From Acidimicrobiia bacterium (GTDB lineage: Bacteria > Actinomycetota > Acidimicrobiia > Spongiisociales > JAHEDJ01), in the NCBI GenBank assembly GCA_029210695.1, contig JARGFH010000013.1, positions 1 to 64,000 on the forward strand: a DNA stretch of 64,000 bases, read 5' to 3'. The notes below the pieces were generated by a model. The model was not told the origin of the DNA. It saw nothing but the letters and a program-made list of their open reading frames with translations, and made no database searches. The translations under genes and the position numbers were made by a program. Of this stretch, positions 50,751-60,855 are shown piece by piece (the first letter of the stretch is position 1; the number at the start of each line of letters is the position of its first letter).

Positions 50751-51785
50751 TCACTTCTGCAGACCTCCGATTTCGGGCACCTCTTGCCAGTGCCAGCAGG
50801 CGACCGAGTGCCCGTCGGCGACGGTGGTGAGCTGCGGGTCTTCGTCGATGCACTGCTGGGTCGCGAACGGGCACCTGGGGTGGAACCGGCAACCGCTCGG
50901 CGGATCGATCAGGTTGGGAGGTTCCCCTTCGAGGGGCGCCAGCTTTCTGCGCGGCCCGGTGATCGACGGCGTGGACTTGAGGAGGAGATAGGAGTACGGA
51001 TGCTTCGGCCGGTGAAACACTTCGATGGTAGAACCCAACTCGACGAGTTTTCCTGCATACATGACGCCCATGCGCTCGGTCACCTCAGCGATGACTGCTA
51101 TGTCATGGGAGATGTAGATGATGCTCATCCCGAGTTCCTTTTGGATCTTCTTGAGCTCGCGCAGAATCTGATCCTGAACGATCACATCGAGGGCCGTCGT
51201 CGGCTCATCCGCGATGATCACCTTCGGGTTACACGACAGGGCCATGGCGATGACGGCCCGCTGTCGCATCCCACCCGAGAACTCGTGCGGATAGCGCTCC
51301 ATAGTGGCGGGGTTGAGCCCGACCAACTCGAATAGAGCTGCAATGCGATCGGTTTCTTCGAGGTAGGTCAGGGTCTCCGGCCAGTGCAGACGCAGGGCTT
51401 CCCTGATCTGATCACCTATGCGGTAGACGGGATTCCATGAGTTCATCGCTCCCTGGAACACCATGGAGATGTCGCGCCAACGGCGCCGCCGCATCTGCTC
51501 CTCGTCCAGTCCGATGAGGCTCTCACCGTCCAGACGAACATCACCGGACTTGATGACCGAGTTGTCCGGCAAGAGACGAAGCAAGGTCAGAGCGATCGAG
51601 GTCTTGCCACAACCCGACTCACCAACTAGTCCAATCGCCTCGCCGTTGTTGAGAGTGAAGGTGACGTCTTCAACCGCTGAGACGTCGCCCTCTTTGGTGC
51701 CGTAGTGCATCACGAGGTTCTGGACTTCGAGGAGCGGCGTACCCGCCTTGCCTCCTCTTGATTCGATTTCGAGGGTCTGTGCCAT
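50751..51785 (-). CDS. Oligopeptide/dipeptide ABC ATP-binding protein (OppD/DppD-like)
   Basis: GESGCGKT, FSGGMRQR, GCRFHPRC. Confidence 0.93.
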   Translation of the reverse strand: MAQTLEIESRGGKAGTPLLEVQNLVMHYGTKEGDVSAVEDVTFTLNNGEAIGLVGESGCGKTSIALTLLRLLPDNSVIKSGDVRLDGESLIGLDEEQMRRRRWRDISMVFQGAMNSWNPVYRIGDQIREALRLHWPETLTYLEETDRIAALFELVGLNPATMERYPHEFSGGMRQRAVIAMALSCNPKVIIADEPTTALDVIVQDQILRELKKIQKELGMSIIYISHDIAVIAEVTERMGVMYAGKLVELGSTIEVFHRPKHPYSYLLLKSTPSITGPRRKLAPLEGEPPNLIDPPSGCRFHPRCPFATQQCIDEDPQLTTVADGHSVACWHWQEVPEIGGLQK

Positions 51786-51794
51786 GAACTTCCT

Positions 51795-52931
51795 TTAGCG
51801 CTTCCGGAGGCGGGGGTTGACGACTTCGTCCATTGCTCGTCCGACCAGGAAGAACCCGGCCGAGAACAAGGTGATGGCGAGACCTGCCGGGAACATCAGC
51901 CACCACACATCGAACCCTGCGAGGGTGTAACCCTGGGTGTAGGCGATATTGATCATGATGCCCCACGACTGCTGGATGTTCAGCAGGCCGAGGAACGAAA
52001 GCGCCGCCTCGGTGAAGATTGCCCCCGTGACCGCAAACATCATGTAGAGGAAACTCAACGGCAACACATTTGGGATGATGTGCCGGGTGATGATGCGCCA
52101 GTGGCCGCCCCCGGCGATCCGGGCGGCGTCGATGAACGGTTTCACCTTCACGCTCAACGCCTGCGACTTGAGGATGATCGCCGTCCCGCCGAGGCCCGAG
52201 AGGATCCCGATGAGGATTCCCAGCATGGTCAACTCGACATTCCAGAAACCACTTACCACGATCAGGAGAGGGAGCAGCGGAATGAGAATGACGAGGTCGG
52301 CCAGTCGCATCAACAGCGTGTCGATCACGCCGCCGAAATACGCCGAGATCGTCCCGACGAGCGTTGCAAGTGCCACCGAAGAAATCGCGGCGATGGCTCC
52401 AAGCAGGAATGCCGCTCGTGCTCCAAAGAGCAACTGGGAGAAGACGTCACCGCCGAACGGGTCGGTGCCGAGAATGTGTGGATGCTTCACGCCGGAGAAC
52501 ACCGGCGGAGCAGGATTCGCCAGAGGCGATTCCACAGTGTCTCCGATCTCGGGAATACTCACCCCTGTTCCCAGGAACATTGCTTCGATCTGGCTGATCT
52601 CAGTCAACGGGTCGGTCACTTCCTCGACGATCGTCTTCGTGACGATGATCGAATCGGCGCCGGCCCGGATGTCGTAAACGCTCTTCCCGCCTTCGAGGTG
52701 ATTCGCCCAGACAGTTGCCGTCAGAATCGGATGGGCAAGCGCCATGACACCGAAGAGGGCGATGATGGCCAGCCCTACGATGCCCATCTTGTTGTCGTTG
52801 AAGAGCGCCCAGTTCTTTCTGAATGATCTCCAACCGAGGCGCAGCCGAACGCGCCACAGCGGCTCCTCGATCACACGTTTGGGGTCGAAGCTCTCGAGTT
52901 CGCCGGTCGGCGGTGTGAGAGTGTTTGCCAT
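51795..52931 (-). CDS. Peptide ABC permease (OppC-like)
   Basis: HILGTD, FIDAARIAG, HIIPN, NPRLR. Confidence 0.92.
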   Translation of the reverse strand: MANTLTPPTGELESFDPKRVIEEPLWRVRLRLGWRSFRKNWALFNDNKMGIVGLAIIALFGVMALAHPILTATVWANHLEGGKSVYDIRAGADSIIVTKTIVEEVTDPLTEISQIEAMFLGTGVSIPEIGDTVESPLANPAPPVFSGVKHPHILGTDPFGGDVFSQLLFGARAAFLLGAIAAISSVALATLVGTISAYFGGVIDTLLMRLADLVILIPLLPLLIVVSGFWNVELTMLGILIGILSGLGGTAIILKSQALSVKVKPFIDAARIAGGGHWRIITRHIIPNVLPLSFLYMMFAVTGAIFTEAALSFLGLLNIQQSWGIMINIAYTQGYTLAGFDVWWLMFPAGLAITLFSAGFFLVGRAMDEVVNPRLRKR

Positions 52932-52940
52932 GGTCCCCTC

Positions 52941-54104
52941 CTATCCCTGCACCCGGATGCGCGGATCCAGAAACGCGTAGGCGATGTCGGCAACCAGGTG
53001 GGCGAGGAGAGACAGCACTCCGATGAGCGCCAGTGCTCCCATCGCCACAGGAATGTCCTCGGCCGTGATCGCGCCCAGCAAGGCGCGCCCGAGACCCGGC
53101 CACGAGAAGATCTGCTCGGTGATGACGCCGCCTGCGATTACGACTGCAAGCTGAAGCACCAACGACGTCGTCACAGGAAGCATTGCGTTGCGGGCTGCGT
53201 GTCGATCCCGGATCGTCCGTTCCGGAACGCCTTTGGCCCGGGCGGTGAGGATGTAGTCCTCTCGCAGTGTCTCCAGCATCGAACTGCGCGTGAGCAGCGT
53301 TGTGCCGGCGAAGTTGACGAGGGTGAGCGTCAGAACCGGCACAACGGTGTGCCAGACGATGTCCATCGCATAGGTCCGACGACTGTTGAATGCCCAGAAT
53401 ACGGCTGCCATGGCGATCAGCGACCACAGAGCAATCCGATGGAGGCTCCGTCGCGACCGCGGGTCGTCGGTACTCCGATCAATCACCAGTCTCAGGATCC
53501 CGTAAACGAGAGTGACGGCTGCGATCGAGCTGAGCATCAACAAGAACACACTGTCGGCGCTGAATGGGCTGCCTATCCACGTCTCCACCGTTATGAACTT
53601 CCCAATGGGGAACCACCCCAGCTGAGATGCGAAAAACCACAACATCAAGATGGCAAACCACGGGTAGAAGACCGTCCAGAAGAATATCGACGTGACCATC
53701 ACGGACTTCTCGACCACGGTTCCGCGCCGCCATGCGACTTGCTTGCCGGTGTAGAAACCGAGCCAGAACGACAGCACGGTTGCGGTCAGAAACAAGAAGA
53801 CCGTTCGAGGGAGCGCAGTGAAGAGGATGTCGGCGACTTCCCGCGGATAACTCGACCAGCTGACGCCCATGTCCATGCCGAACGAGTAGTTCCAGAGGTG
53901 GTGGCCGAGTTGCACGATCTTGGGCTGATCGAGCCCCAGTTGCCGGATCATGATCTCTTTGGCTTCCGGCGGGATATTGGGGTTGCCAATGAATTGGTTG
54001 CTGATATCGCCCGGCTGAAGATCCAGCAGGAGAAAGAGCAGAGCCAGAAACACGTAGAACAGGATGAATATCTGGCCGAAACGCTTGGCTATGTATTTCA
54101 CCAT
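52941..54104 (-). CDS. Peptide ABC permease (OppB-like)
   Basis: DYILTARAKG, EQIFSWPGLG, LDPRIR. Confidence 0.92.
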   Translation of the reverse strand: MVKYIAKRFGQIFILFYVFLALLFLLLDLQPGDISNQFIGNPNIPPEAKEIMIRQLGLDQPKIVQLGHHLWNYSFGMDMGVSWSSYPREVADILFTALPRTVFLFLTATVLSFWLGFYTGKQVAWRRGTVVEKSVMVTSIFFWTVFYPWFAILMLWFFASQLGWFPIGKFITVETWIGSPFSADSVFLLMLSSIAAVTLVYGILRLVIDRSTDDPRSRRSLHRIALWSLIAMAAVFWAFNSRRTYAMDIVWHTVVPVLTLTLVNFAGTTLLTRSSMLETLREDYILTARAKGVPERTIRDRHAARNAMLPVTTSLVLQLAVVIAGGVITEQIFSWPGLGRALLGAITAEDIPVAMGALALIGVLSLLAHLVADIAYAFLDPRIRVQG

Positions 54105-54178
54105 CGCGGTCGAGTCGCTCCCTTCCGGCCGGCCCGCGAACTATGAAATGCCAAGGGCGAGATCCGGAGATTACTGGT

Positions 54179-54210
54179 GTTGGGAGGGGGCCCGGTGGCC
54201 CCCTCCCAAC
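54179..54210. terminator. 14-bp perfect stem-loop after the SBP gene
   Basis: GTTGGGAGGGGGCC-cggt-GGCCCCCTCCCAAC. Confidence 0.7.
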
Positions 54211-54229
54211 TGCGTTCTACGAAGTGGTA

Positions 54230-56227
54230 CTACTTCTGAACGATGCTGGTGAACCCATTCCCAAACTGCAGACCGGAAAGGGTCTGGATGAACGGGTATT
54301 TCAGGTCGCTGCTGAAGAACTCCGTGATCGGCGTATCGAAGAGCACGATATACGGGAGTTCGTCGGCAAGGATTGCCTCAGCCTCCCACATCTTCGTGTA
54401 CGCATCTTCGATAGTTTCTGCCGCCAGGATGGCGTCGGAAGCAGCATCGAACTCGGCATTGACGAAGCCGGTCGAGTTGTTTCCGTCGTTGTCCTCGGCG
54501 AGATAACGGCTGTGCCAGAACGACTCGTGGAACGTCGGCAAGGCCGGGTTCCCGAGGCTCCAGCCCAGGATGTACATGTCGAACGTGATCTCCTCACCAA
54601 CGCCCGGCCAGATCTTCGCCACGATTGTGTTGAAGTCGGTGGGGTTGGCCCTGGCAGGCACACCGAGTTGCTCGAGCCAGCCCTCGATCCACAGCGAAGC
54701 CGTGGCGCGGAGCGGATCGTAGCTTGCCGGGGGTGCGAGGATTTCCTGCTCAGGAACCTTCACGCCGGCCGGATCGATGAGGCCCGTACCCGGGATGATC
54801 TCCCCTTGGTCGGCATCGAACGTGGGCTCAACCTCCCACGAGAATCCGTCGGCCTTCAGGAGTTCCATCGCAGCGTTGAGACGCTCCTCGGAGGAAAGGC
54901 CCACATACTTGGCCGTCACCTCGTCGGCGACCTCCGTGTTGAACCACAGGGTGTTGCCCTCAGGAACCATCACGTACATCGGGAACGCCACACCCTGCAG
55001 AACGTTCTGCGTGAGGAATTCCTTGTCGATCATGTAGGCGACGGCTTGACGGTAGCTCTTGTAAGAACCAGGAGACTTCCGCAAGTTGAAGGCGAGGTAC
55101 CGCATACCGTTGGTCGGGTTGACCGCGACCGACAGGTTTCCGGCCTCGAGACCCTGACCACGCAGACCCGGCGAAACGCCGAGCGGGTTGATCCAGTAGT
55201 CGATTTCACCGTTGATCAGCGCCAGCATGGCGGCAGACTGGTCGGTGTACACCGAGTACGTGACCTGTGTCGCATACGGTCCGTCCGAGTAGGACGTCAC
55301 AATGTTGCCGGTACCTTCTCCGTAGAACTTCTCGCCGTCGATCTCGATCGTTCCGTCGTCATAGACGGTGATCTGCTGACCCTTGAACGAGTAGTCCGGG
55401 TTCGCTGCGTTGACGACGAAGGCGCCCTCTTCCCAGCTGTCGAACATGACACCACCGATGGATGGGTCACCGGAGCCGTCTGCCCCGTAGATCACCGCGG
55501 CGGGATCCTCGGTGCCGAGTGCTTCGGTAACAACATCGCTCCAGAAGGCCATCGACATCACAGTGTTGACGCCGACGTTGTGCGGCCAGGTACCGAGACC
55601 GGGCTTCGTGTCGAACGTCAGCTTGATCGTGTAGTCGTCGAGTGCCTCGAGCGCGGTCAGACGCGGCGAGGATTCCTCGCTATATGGGTAGGCCGACAGC
55701 CACGTGCCACCCAATGCGGCGTCACGCGCGGTTTCGTACGTGAAGACGACATCGGCTGCTGTGAACTCGTTGCCATCGGACCACATGACACCTTGCTGGA
55801 GGGGTTGCGTGACCGTCCAGAGATCGCCTTCGGCGACCGGCTCGACCGGCAGTCCTTCTGCAAGGGCTGGTACGACCGCCAGCGACGGCAAGTCGATCGC
55901 GAACAAACCGTTCTTTGCAGGACCGAGGACGTAGGCGTTGTAGACCGTAGAGTCTCCGCCGCCGTAGTACGTCCAGTAGTTGGTCGTCGTTAGGTCAGAC
56001 GTCATACCGAGGCGATATGTGAACGCTTCGCCCGTCGGCGGGGTCGTTGTTTCGGTCGGGGTTGTCGCGGCTGTTGTATCCGTAGACCCCGTGCCATCAA
56101 CCGTCGTATCGGTTGTTCCGGCACTGGTGGTCTCGGTGGTGTCGCTTCCGCAGGCGGCCGCGATCATCGCAAAAATTGCGAGGATTGCGATCAAACGCCA
56201 GAGGCGACTATTCGATGAGTTACTCAC
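54230..56227 (-). CDS. Peptide ABC substrate-binding lipoprotein (family 5)
   Basis: Lipobox AAAC; Thr-rich linker; WSDGNEFTAADVVFT. Confidence 0.92.
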   Translation of the reverse strand: MSNSSNSRLWRLIAILAIFAMIAAACGSDTTETTSAGTTDTTVDGTGSTDTTAATTPTETTTPPTGEAFTYRLGMTSDLTTTNYWTYYGGGDSTVYNAYVLGPAKNGLFAIDLPSLAVVPALAEGLPVEPVAEGDLWTVTQPLQQGVMWSDGNEFTAADVVFTYETARDAALGGTWLSAYPYSEESSPRLTALEALDDYTIKLTFDTKPGLGTWPHNVGVNTVMSMAFWSDVVTEALGTEDPAAVIYGADGSGDPSIGGVMFDSWEEGAFVVNAANPDYSFKGQQITVYDDGTIEIDGEKFYGEGTGNIVTSYSDGPYATQVTYSVYTDQSAAMLALINGEIDYWINPLGVSPGLRGQGLEAGNLSVAVNPTNGMRYLAFNLRKSPGSYKSYRQAVAYMIDKEFLTQNVLQGVAFPMYVMVPEGNTLWFNTEVADEVTAKYVGLSSEERLNAAMELLKADGFSWEVEPTFDADQGEIIPGTGLIDPAGVKVPEQEILAPPASYDPLRATASLWIEGWLEQLGVPARANPTDFNTIVAKIWPGVGEEITFDMYILGWSLGNPALPTFHESFWHSRYLAEDNDGNNSTGFVNAEFDAASDAILAAETIEDAYTKMWEAEAILADELPYIVLFDTPITEFFSSDLKYPFIQTLSGLQFGNGFTSIVQK

Positions 56228-56594
56228 CGGTTTTCTCCTCCACTGTTGACTTGAACGAAACGCGCAACCTCGAGCGGTTCCCGCGCAACGCGGGTGAACT
56301 CTATACGTTGGCCGAACGGAATCGCAACCACCGATGGCAGGGTCTGGAAGCCCGCAAACTTCGAACGCTTGGCAGAATCCCTGTTTGCGGAGGAAAACCC
56401 CCCAGACGCCGCTCTCTCGGGAGCCGCCGGCCCGTCTTGGCCGTCCACGTGCGACTCGGTTGATCGTTCCCGATGCTGATGGCCGTGCGACTCGATCGTG
56501 ACTCGCCGCATTGGTGGATTGTGCGCTCCGCGGACCCCGGGGTGTCTTTCACCTCCGGTACCATCCCCTCTATGGGTATGCGCGGTTGGATCCT

Positions 56595-57533
56595 GTGAAG
56601 CGCTGGCGATCAGCTCTCATTGCGGGCGTGGTCGGCGCGCTCGTCTTGCTGGCGGGTTATCTGATCGATAGACCGCCGGGAGAGGGCGGGTCATCGTCCG
56701 CAGTCCAAGCGGCAGCAGGCGATGCAGTACTCGCTTGCACAGAGGCCCTCAGGCCGGCTTGTGATGCGCTGGCCGTTGAACTCGGCACGACCGCCGGGAC
56801 CTACCGGTCTGGAACCGATCCGGGCCGGGGAACCGTCGTGATCGCTCCCGCCGCCGATCTCTTCTCCGGTCTGGAGGTCGGTGACCTCGTGGCCCGCTCC
56901 CCTATTGCCATCGCAGTGTGGCAGGACCGGGCCGGCGTTTTGGGTGCTCACTGCGGCGGAGCGATCAACCTCGCCTGCCTCTCGGCGGCTTTCGGCGAGG
57001 AGTGGGAGGATCTCGGGGGCTTGCCGAGCTGGGGTGGGTTCAAGCTGGGGCTGGCAGATCCGACCCTATCCGAGGCCGGCCTGACAGCCTGGCGGGCCGT
57101 TGCCGGCGCCGGCGTGCCGCCGGGACTCGAAGCGGCGCTCCGCCTCCAGGCGGACGGTGACGCAGGCCTCATGGCGGATGTGCTCCTCTTCGGCACGGCT
57201 CGAGCCGATGTGGTCGTTACGACCGAAGTGGCGATCAGCGGCCAGTTGGCCAACGCCCCGGGTCGCGGTGGCCGACTCGTGGTGTCGTATCCCGACCCGG
57301 CTCCCTGGGTGGAGTATGTGGTCGGAACTAGCGGCGGCCGTGGCACGGACGACTTGATTGCCGGCCTCCTCAGTGACGATCTGCAGTCCCGGCTGGGCGC
57401 GTTCGGTCTCCGGCCTGCCCGAGTGGAGACCAGCGGTTTGGCAGACGGACTCGGCACACCGGGAGTGGCGCTCCCGGCCATGGACGAGACGGATAGGACC
57501 GCCCTGCTCGATTCGTGGAAGGCCCTACGATGA
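56595..57533 (+). CDS. Degenerate solute-binding-like membrane-anchored protein
   Basis: N-terminal TM; 'RSPIAIA…W..LGG…WGGFKLGLADP…FGLRP' parallels the SBP domain of the next gene. Confidence 0.7.
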   Translation: MKRWRSALIAGVVGALVLLAGYLIDRPPGEGGSSSAVQAAAGDAVLACTEALRPACDALAVELGTTAGTYRSGTDPGRGTVVIAPAADLFSGLEVGDLVARSPIAIAVWQDRAGVLGAHCGGAINLACLSAAFGEEWEDLGGLPSWGGFKLGLADPTLSEAGLTAWRAVAGAGVPPGLEAALRLQADGDAGLMADVLLFGTARADVVVTTEVAISGQLANAPGRGGRLVVSYPDPAPWVEYVVGTSGGRGTDDLIAGLLSDDLQSRLGAFGLRPARVETSGLADGLGTPGVALPAMDETDRTALLDSWKALR

Positions 57534-57553
57534 GACCAATAAAGGGAGTACCC

Positions 57554-59332
57554 ATGAAACGTATGAGCGTCGTCCTCGTGTGGTGTTTGCTCGCAACAGG
57601 ATGTGTGGGAGGGTCTGAGACCGACACATCCGGCGATGGTGAAACTCTCTCGGTACCAGAGGGTTGCCGCGAGGTGCCGGCCGCCGTTTCGTCCGAGAAG
57701 GTGACGCTCCTGACTGATCTGGCGGCAGCCTTCAACAACACCGAACCGAGTTTCGATGGACAGTGTGTTGCCATCACCATCCACCGTGTGGCGTCCGGCC
57801 GGGCAGCCAAGTTGCTCGCAGAGGGGTGGCCGACCGATGGCTCGGCCAGTCCCCCACTCGTGTTGTGGAGCCCGGCGTCGGCCGCCTGGGGAGCATTGGT
57901 CAACTACCGCCTGGAGTTGGCAGGTCAACAACCCATCGCCAACGACTACCAGAGAATCATGCTCACGCCCCTCGTGCTGGCGATGCCCAAACCGATGGCG
58001 GAAGCACTGGGTTGGCCTGAAGCCGACATCGGTTGGTCCGACATCCTGGAACTGGCTCAGAGCCCGGAGGGCTGGGGCGCGTTCGGTCATCCTGAGTGGG
58101 GACCATTCCGGCTGGGCAAGACCAATCCGAACTTTTCTACCTCAGGTCTGTCCGCGACGATCGCCATCTACTACGCGGCGACCGGGAAGACTTCGGCACT
58201 TACGCTCGACGATGTTGGAAGTACATCGGTGGGGGCATTCGTACGGGGCGTCGAGTCCGCCACTGTTCACTACGGCGACACCACCCTCACGTTCCTCGAG
58301 AACATGTTGAAGGAGGACCTGGCCGGTCGTCCGCTGTCGTACGCCTCCGCGGCGGCGGTGGAGGAGGTCAGCATCATCGCCTACAACCGGGGTGATCCCG
58401 CCGACACCGGTGCCGACGATCTCACCCCGCCCAACGTTCCGCTGGTGGCCATATATCCGAAGGAAGGCACCGTCTTCTCGGACAACCCGGCCTTCGTACT
58501 CGATGCCGCCTGGGTGGATGACATCTCCCGTCAGGCTGCAGAGGCGTTCCGATCGTTCGTCATCGACGATCCGGAGATCCAGGCCCGGGTCCTTGAGTTC
58601 GGATTCCGCCCTGGTAATCCTGCGGTCGCAGTCGCCGATCCGATCTCTCCGGCCAACGGCCTCAACCCGTCACAACCCGAGACCGAGTTGCAGGTCCCGG
58701 AGCCGGAGGTACTGGCCGCCCTGGTCGACGGGTGGGAAACCTATCGCAAGACCGCCCGGGTCATCATGGTCATCGATGTGAGCGGCTCGATGGGCGACCT
58801 CGCCGGAGAGGGCTTCTCGAAGCTGGACCTGGTCAAACAGGCGGTGGCGGCCAGCCTCGACCAGTTCAAGTCCGAAGACGAAGTTGGGTTGTGGATCTTC
58901 TCGACAAACCTCGACGGAGTCCGTGACTATCTGGAAATGGTTCCGCCTGCTCCCCTTGCGCAAACGGAGGCGCAGATTCGCGGGTCGGTCGAGGGTTTGA
59001 TCGCCGACGGTGGCACCGGCCTCTACGACAGCACCCGGGCTGCGGTGCAGGCGGTACGAGAGGGATTCGATCAGACCAAGATCAACGCGGTCATCCTGCT
59101 CACGGACGGGAGGTGCGATGACAACCCACCCGGCTGTGAGCTCGAACCCCTGCTCGAGTATCTGGGGTCTTCGGAGCGCGACGTGGTGCGGGTGTTCCCC
59201 GTGGCCTACGGCGCCGATGCCAACCTGGGCGAGCTGCAGGCAATCGCCGATGCCACCTCCGCCCGGCTCTACAAGGCGACCGACCCGCTCACGATCGAGG
59301 AAGTGTTCGAACAGGTCGTGTCGAACTTCTGA
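57554..59332 (+). CDS. Solute-binding domain + vWA domain lipoprotein
   Basis: Lipobox LATGC; WGPFRLGKTNPNFSTSG; MIDAS DVSGSM, T in GGTGLYD, LLTDG. Confidence 0.9.
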   Translation: MKRMSVVLVWCLLATGCVGGSETDTSGDGETLSVPEGCREVPAAVSSEKVTLLTDLAAAFNNTEPSFDGQCVAITIHRVASGRAAKLLAEGWPTDGSASPPLVLWSPASAAWGALVNYRLELAGQQPIANDYQRIMLTPLVLAMPKPMAEALGWPEADIGWSDILELAQSPEGWGAFGHPEWGPFRLGKTNPNFSTSGLSATIAIYYAATGKTSALTLDDVGSTSVGAFVRGVESATVHYGDTTLTFLENMLKEDLAGRPLSYASAAAVEEVSIIAYNRGDPADTGADDLTPPNVPLVAIYPKEGTVFSDNPAFVLDAAWVDDISRQAAEAFRSFVIDDPEIQARVLEFGFRPGNPAVAVADPISPANGLNPSQPETELQVPEPEVLAALVDGWETYRKTARVIMVIDVSGSMGDLAGEGFSKLDLVKQAVAASLDQFKSEDEVGLWIFSTNLDGVRDYLEMVPPAPLAQTEAQIRGSVEGLIADGGTGLYDSTRAAVQAVREGFDQTKINAVILLTDGRCDDNPPGCELEPLLEYLGSSERDVVRVFPVAYGADANLGELQAIADATSARLYKATDPLTIEEVFEQVVSNF

Positions 59333-60099
59333 TGGTGAGAAGGGCCATCCTCCGTTGGGATCCACGGGTTCGCCGCGGTCGGCGGTTGCTCAAGGCGACG
59401 ACTTCACCGACGGGCCTGATCACCGGGTGCGCCGTATCCGTCGCCGGTCTGGCACTGGGGATCGGGGCACCCTGGCTGGTGGGCGCAGGGGTGGCCGCCT
59501 GGCTCACATCGGTGGTACTGCACCTACGCGACCCGAAACTGCTTGGCGCCATGCTGGCCCCGGAATTCGACCGTGACCTCTCCGCACTCGATGATCAGCA
59601 CCTTCCGGCCATGGTCGCCGCGCTCAGCGCCCGGGACCGGTTTGAAGCGGCCGTCGCCGACATGCCCGACCGCCAGGACTTCGCAGGCATGAAGGCTCGG
59701 GTGACCGAAGTGTTGCACCGGCTGTACGACTCGGTGGTGTGGACCCAGCGGGCCGACGGCTTCCTCACCTCGGTCGATGAACCGTCGCTCGCCCGACGGC
59801 TGCACGACCTTCCTCCATCCTCGCCTCTCGCTGCCGAGCTCGCCGAGCAGGCCGCCGAGATCGAGGGAGTCCGGCAACGCCGCAAGGAAACCGCGGCGCG
59901 TATCACTGCCGGAATCACGGGAATCGAAACGCTCGCTCTCAAGATGGGCAGCCTTGCCCTCGGGGCAGCCGACAGCCCGATCGAGACGATGCCGGCCGCC
60001 GAAGTACGCGCTCTCCGGGAAGAGCTGGATGCCTATGCAGACGGCCTAGAAGAGATCGAGCAGGATTTGCGGCGGGCCCTCCCTCCGACTCCGGCCTGA
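59332..60099 (+). CDS. Hypothetical protein with two N-terminal TM helices and a coiled-coil tail
   Basis: Hydrophobic hairpin followed by a helical region; start overlaps the vWA gene stop (TGATG). Confidence 0.75.
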   Translation: MVRRAILRWDPRVRRGRRLLKATTSPTGLITGCAVSVAGLALGIGAPWLVGAGVAAWLTSVVLHLRDPKLLGAMLAPEFDRDLSALDDQHLPAMVAALSARDRFEAAVADMPDRQDFAGMKARVTEVLHRLYDSVVWTQRADGFLTSVDEPSLARRLHDLPPSSPLAAELAEQAAEIEGVRQRRKETAARITAGITGIETLALKMGSLALGAADSPIETMPAAEVRALREELDAYADGLEEIEQDLRRALPPTPA

Positions 60100-60126
60100 C
60101 GCGCAGAACTGATCCTGTGCGGCCGC

Positions 60127-60741
60127 CTAGTCCCAGAGGGTGGGATGCAGAGTCACGGACCGGGCGACCAGGGGCTCACCCGGCTCGGCCGCGCCGACGA
60201 GGCGCTCGACGAGAGCGGCCCAGTCGAAACCCTCCGTTACCTCGGATGCCCGGATGGTCATCAGGCGGTCGTCGGGGACGTATTGCGGGAGTATGGCGTT
60301 GAGGATCACTTCGATCTCATCACGGAACTTGTCGTTGGTGCTCCGAACCCCGTCGACCCTGAGTGGAACGTCCGGCTTCAATCTGACAAACAGGTCGTAC
60401 GTCTCGCACCACTTCCTCACCAGTGGTTTGACCTCGAATGGGTCCTCTCCCCTCGTCGCCCGCAGGAAGTAGGCGAAGTTGTCGATCACGGCCCGGTCGG
60501 TGACCAGAACCTCGGCTCGTGTACGCAGTTCGAGTTCTTGTTGGATCTGCGCCATGATCACCCACAGCTGCGCTTCGGGAGTTGCACCCTCATTGAGGCC
60601 GAGCGGATTGAATCTGATGACTTCGCGACCGACCTCGACGCTGCGCCCGCTGCGGCCGACTGCGCCGGCGAAGGAGTGCACTGCATTGGTCTTGCGGACC
60701 GAATGGGATCCGATGAAGGCGATCTTCAAAGATGGTGTCAT
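60127..60741 (-). CDS. AAA_28/NadR-like P-loop nucleotide kinase family protein
   Basis: KIAFIGSHSVRKT, EV.R, VTDRAVID, YD, DGVR. Confidence 0.75.
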   Translation of the reverse strand: MTPSLKIAFIGSHSVRKTNAVHSFAGAVGRSGRSVEVGREVIRFNPLGLNEGATPEAQLWVIMAQIQQELELRTRAEVLVTDRAVIDNFAYFLRATRGEDPFEVKPLVRKWCETYDLFVRLKPDVPLRVDGVRSTNDKFRDEIEVILNAILPQYVPDDRLMTIRASEVTEGFDWAALVERLVGAAEPGEPLVARSVTLHPTLWD

Positions 60742-60855
60742 GCTGGCGGGATCCTTGTCGATTGCCGCAACGCTACCGGTTCGAAACCCGCAACATTCGC
60801 ATTGAGTCGCGAATCCGCACGATCGTTGCGATCGGCGTTGCCCTGGATGCGCGAT

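Noticed and set aside
52998..54146. 382-aa plus-strand ORF
   Set aside because: Antisense shadow of the oppB-like permease.
54143..55993. 616-aa plus-strand ORF
   Set aside because: Antisense shadow of the peptide SBP gene; no recognisable motifs; expected from high-GC codon bias.
56948..58090. 380-aa minus-strand ORF
   Set aside because: Antisense to two better-supported genes; low-complexity R/S/P/A composition.
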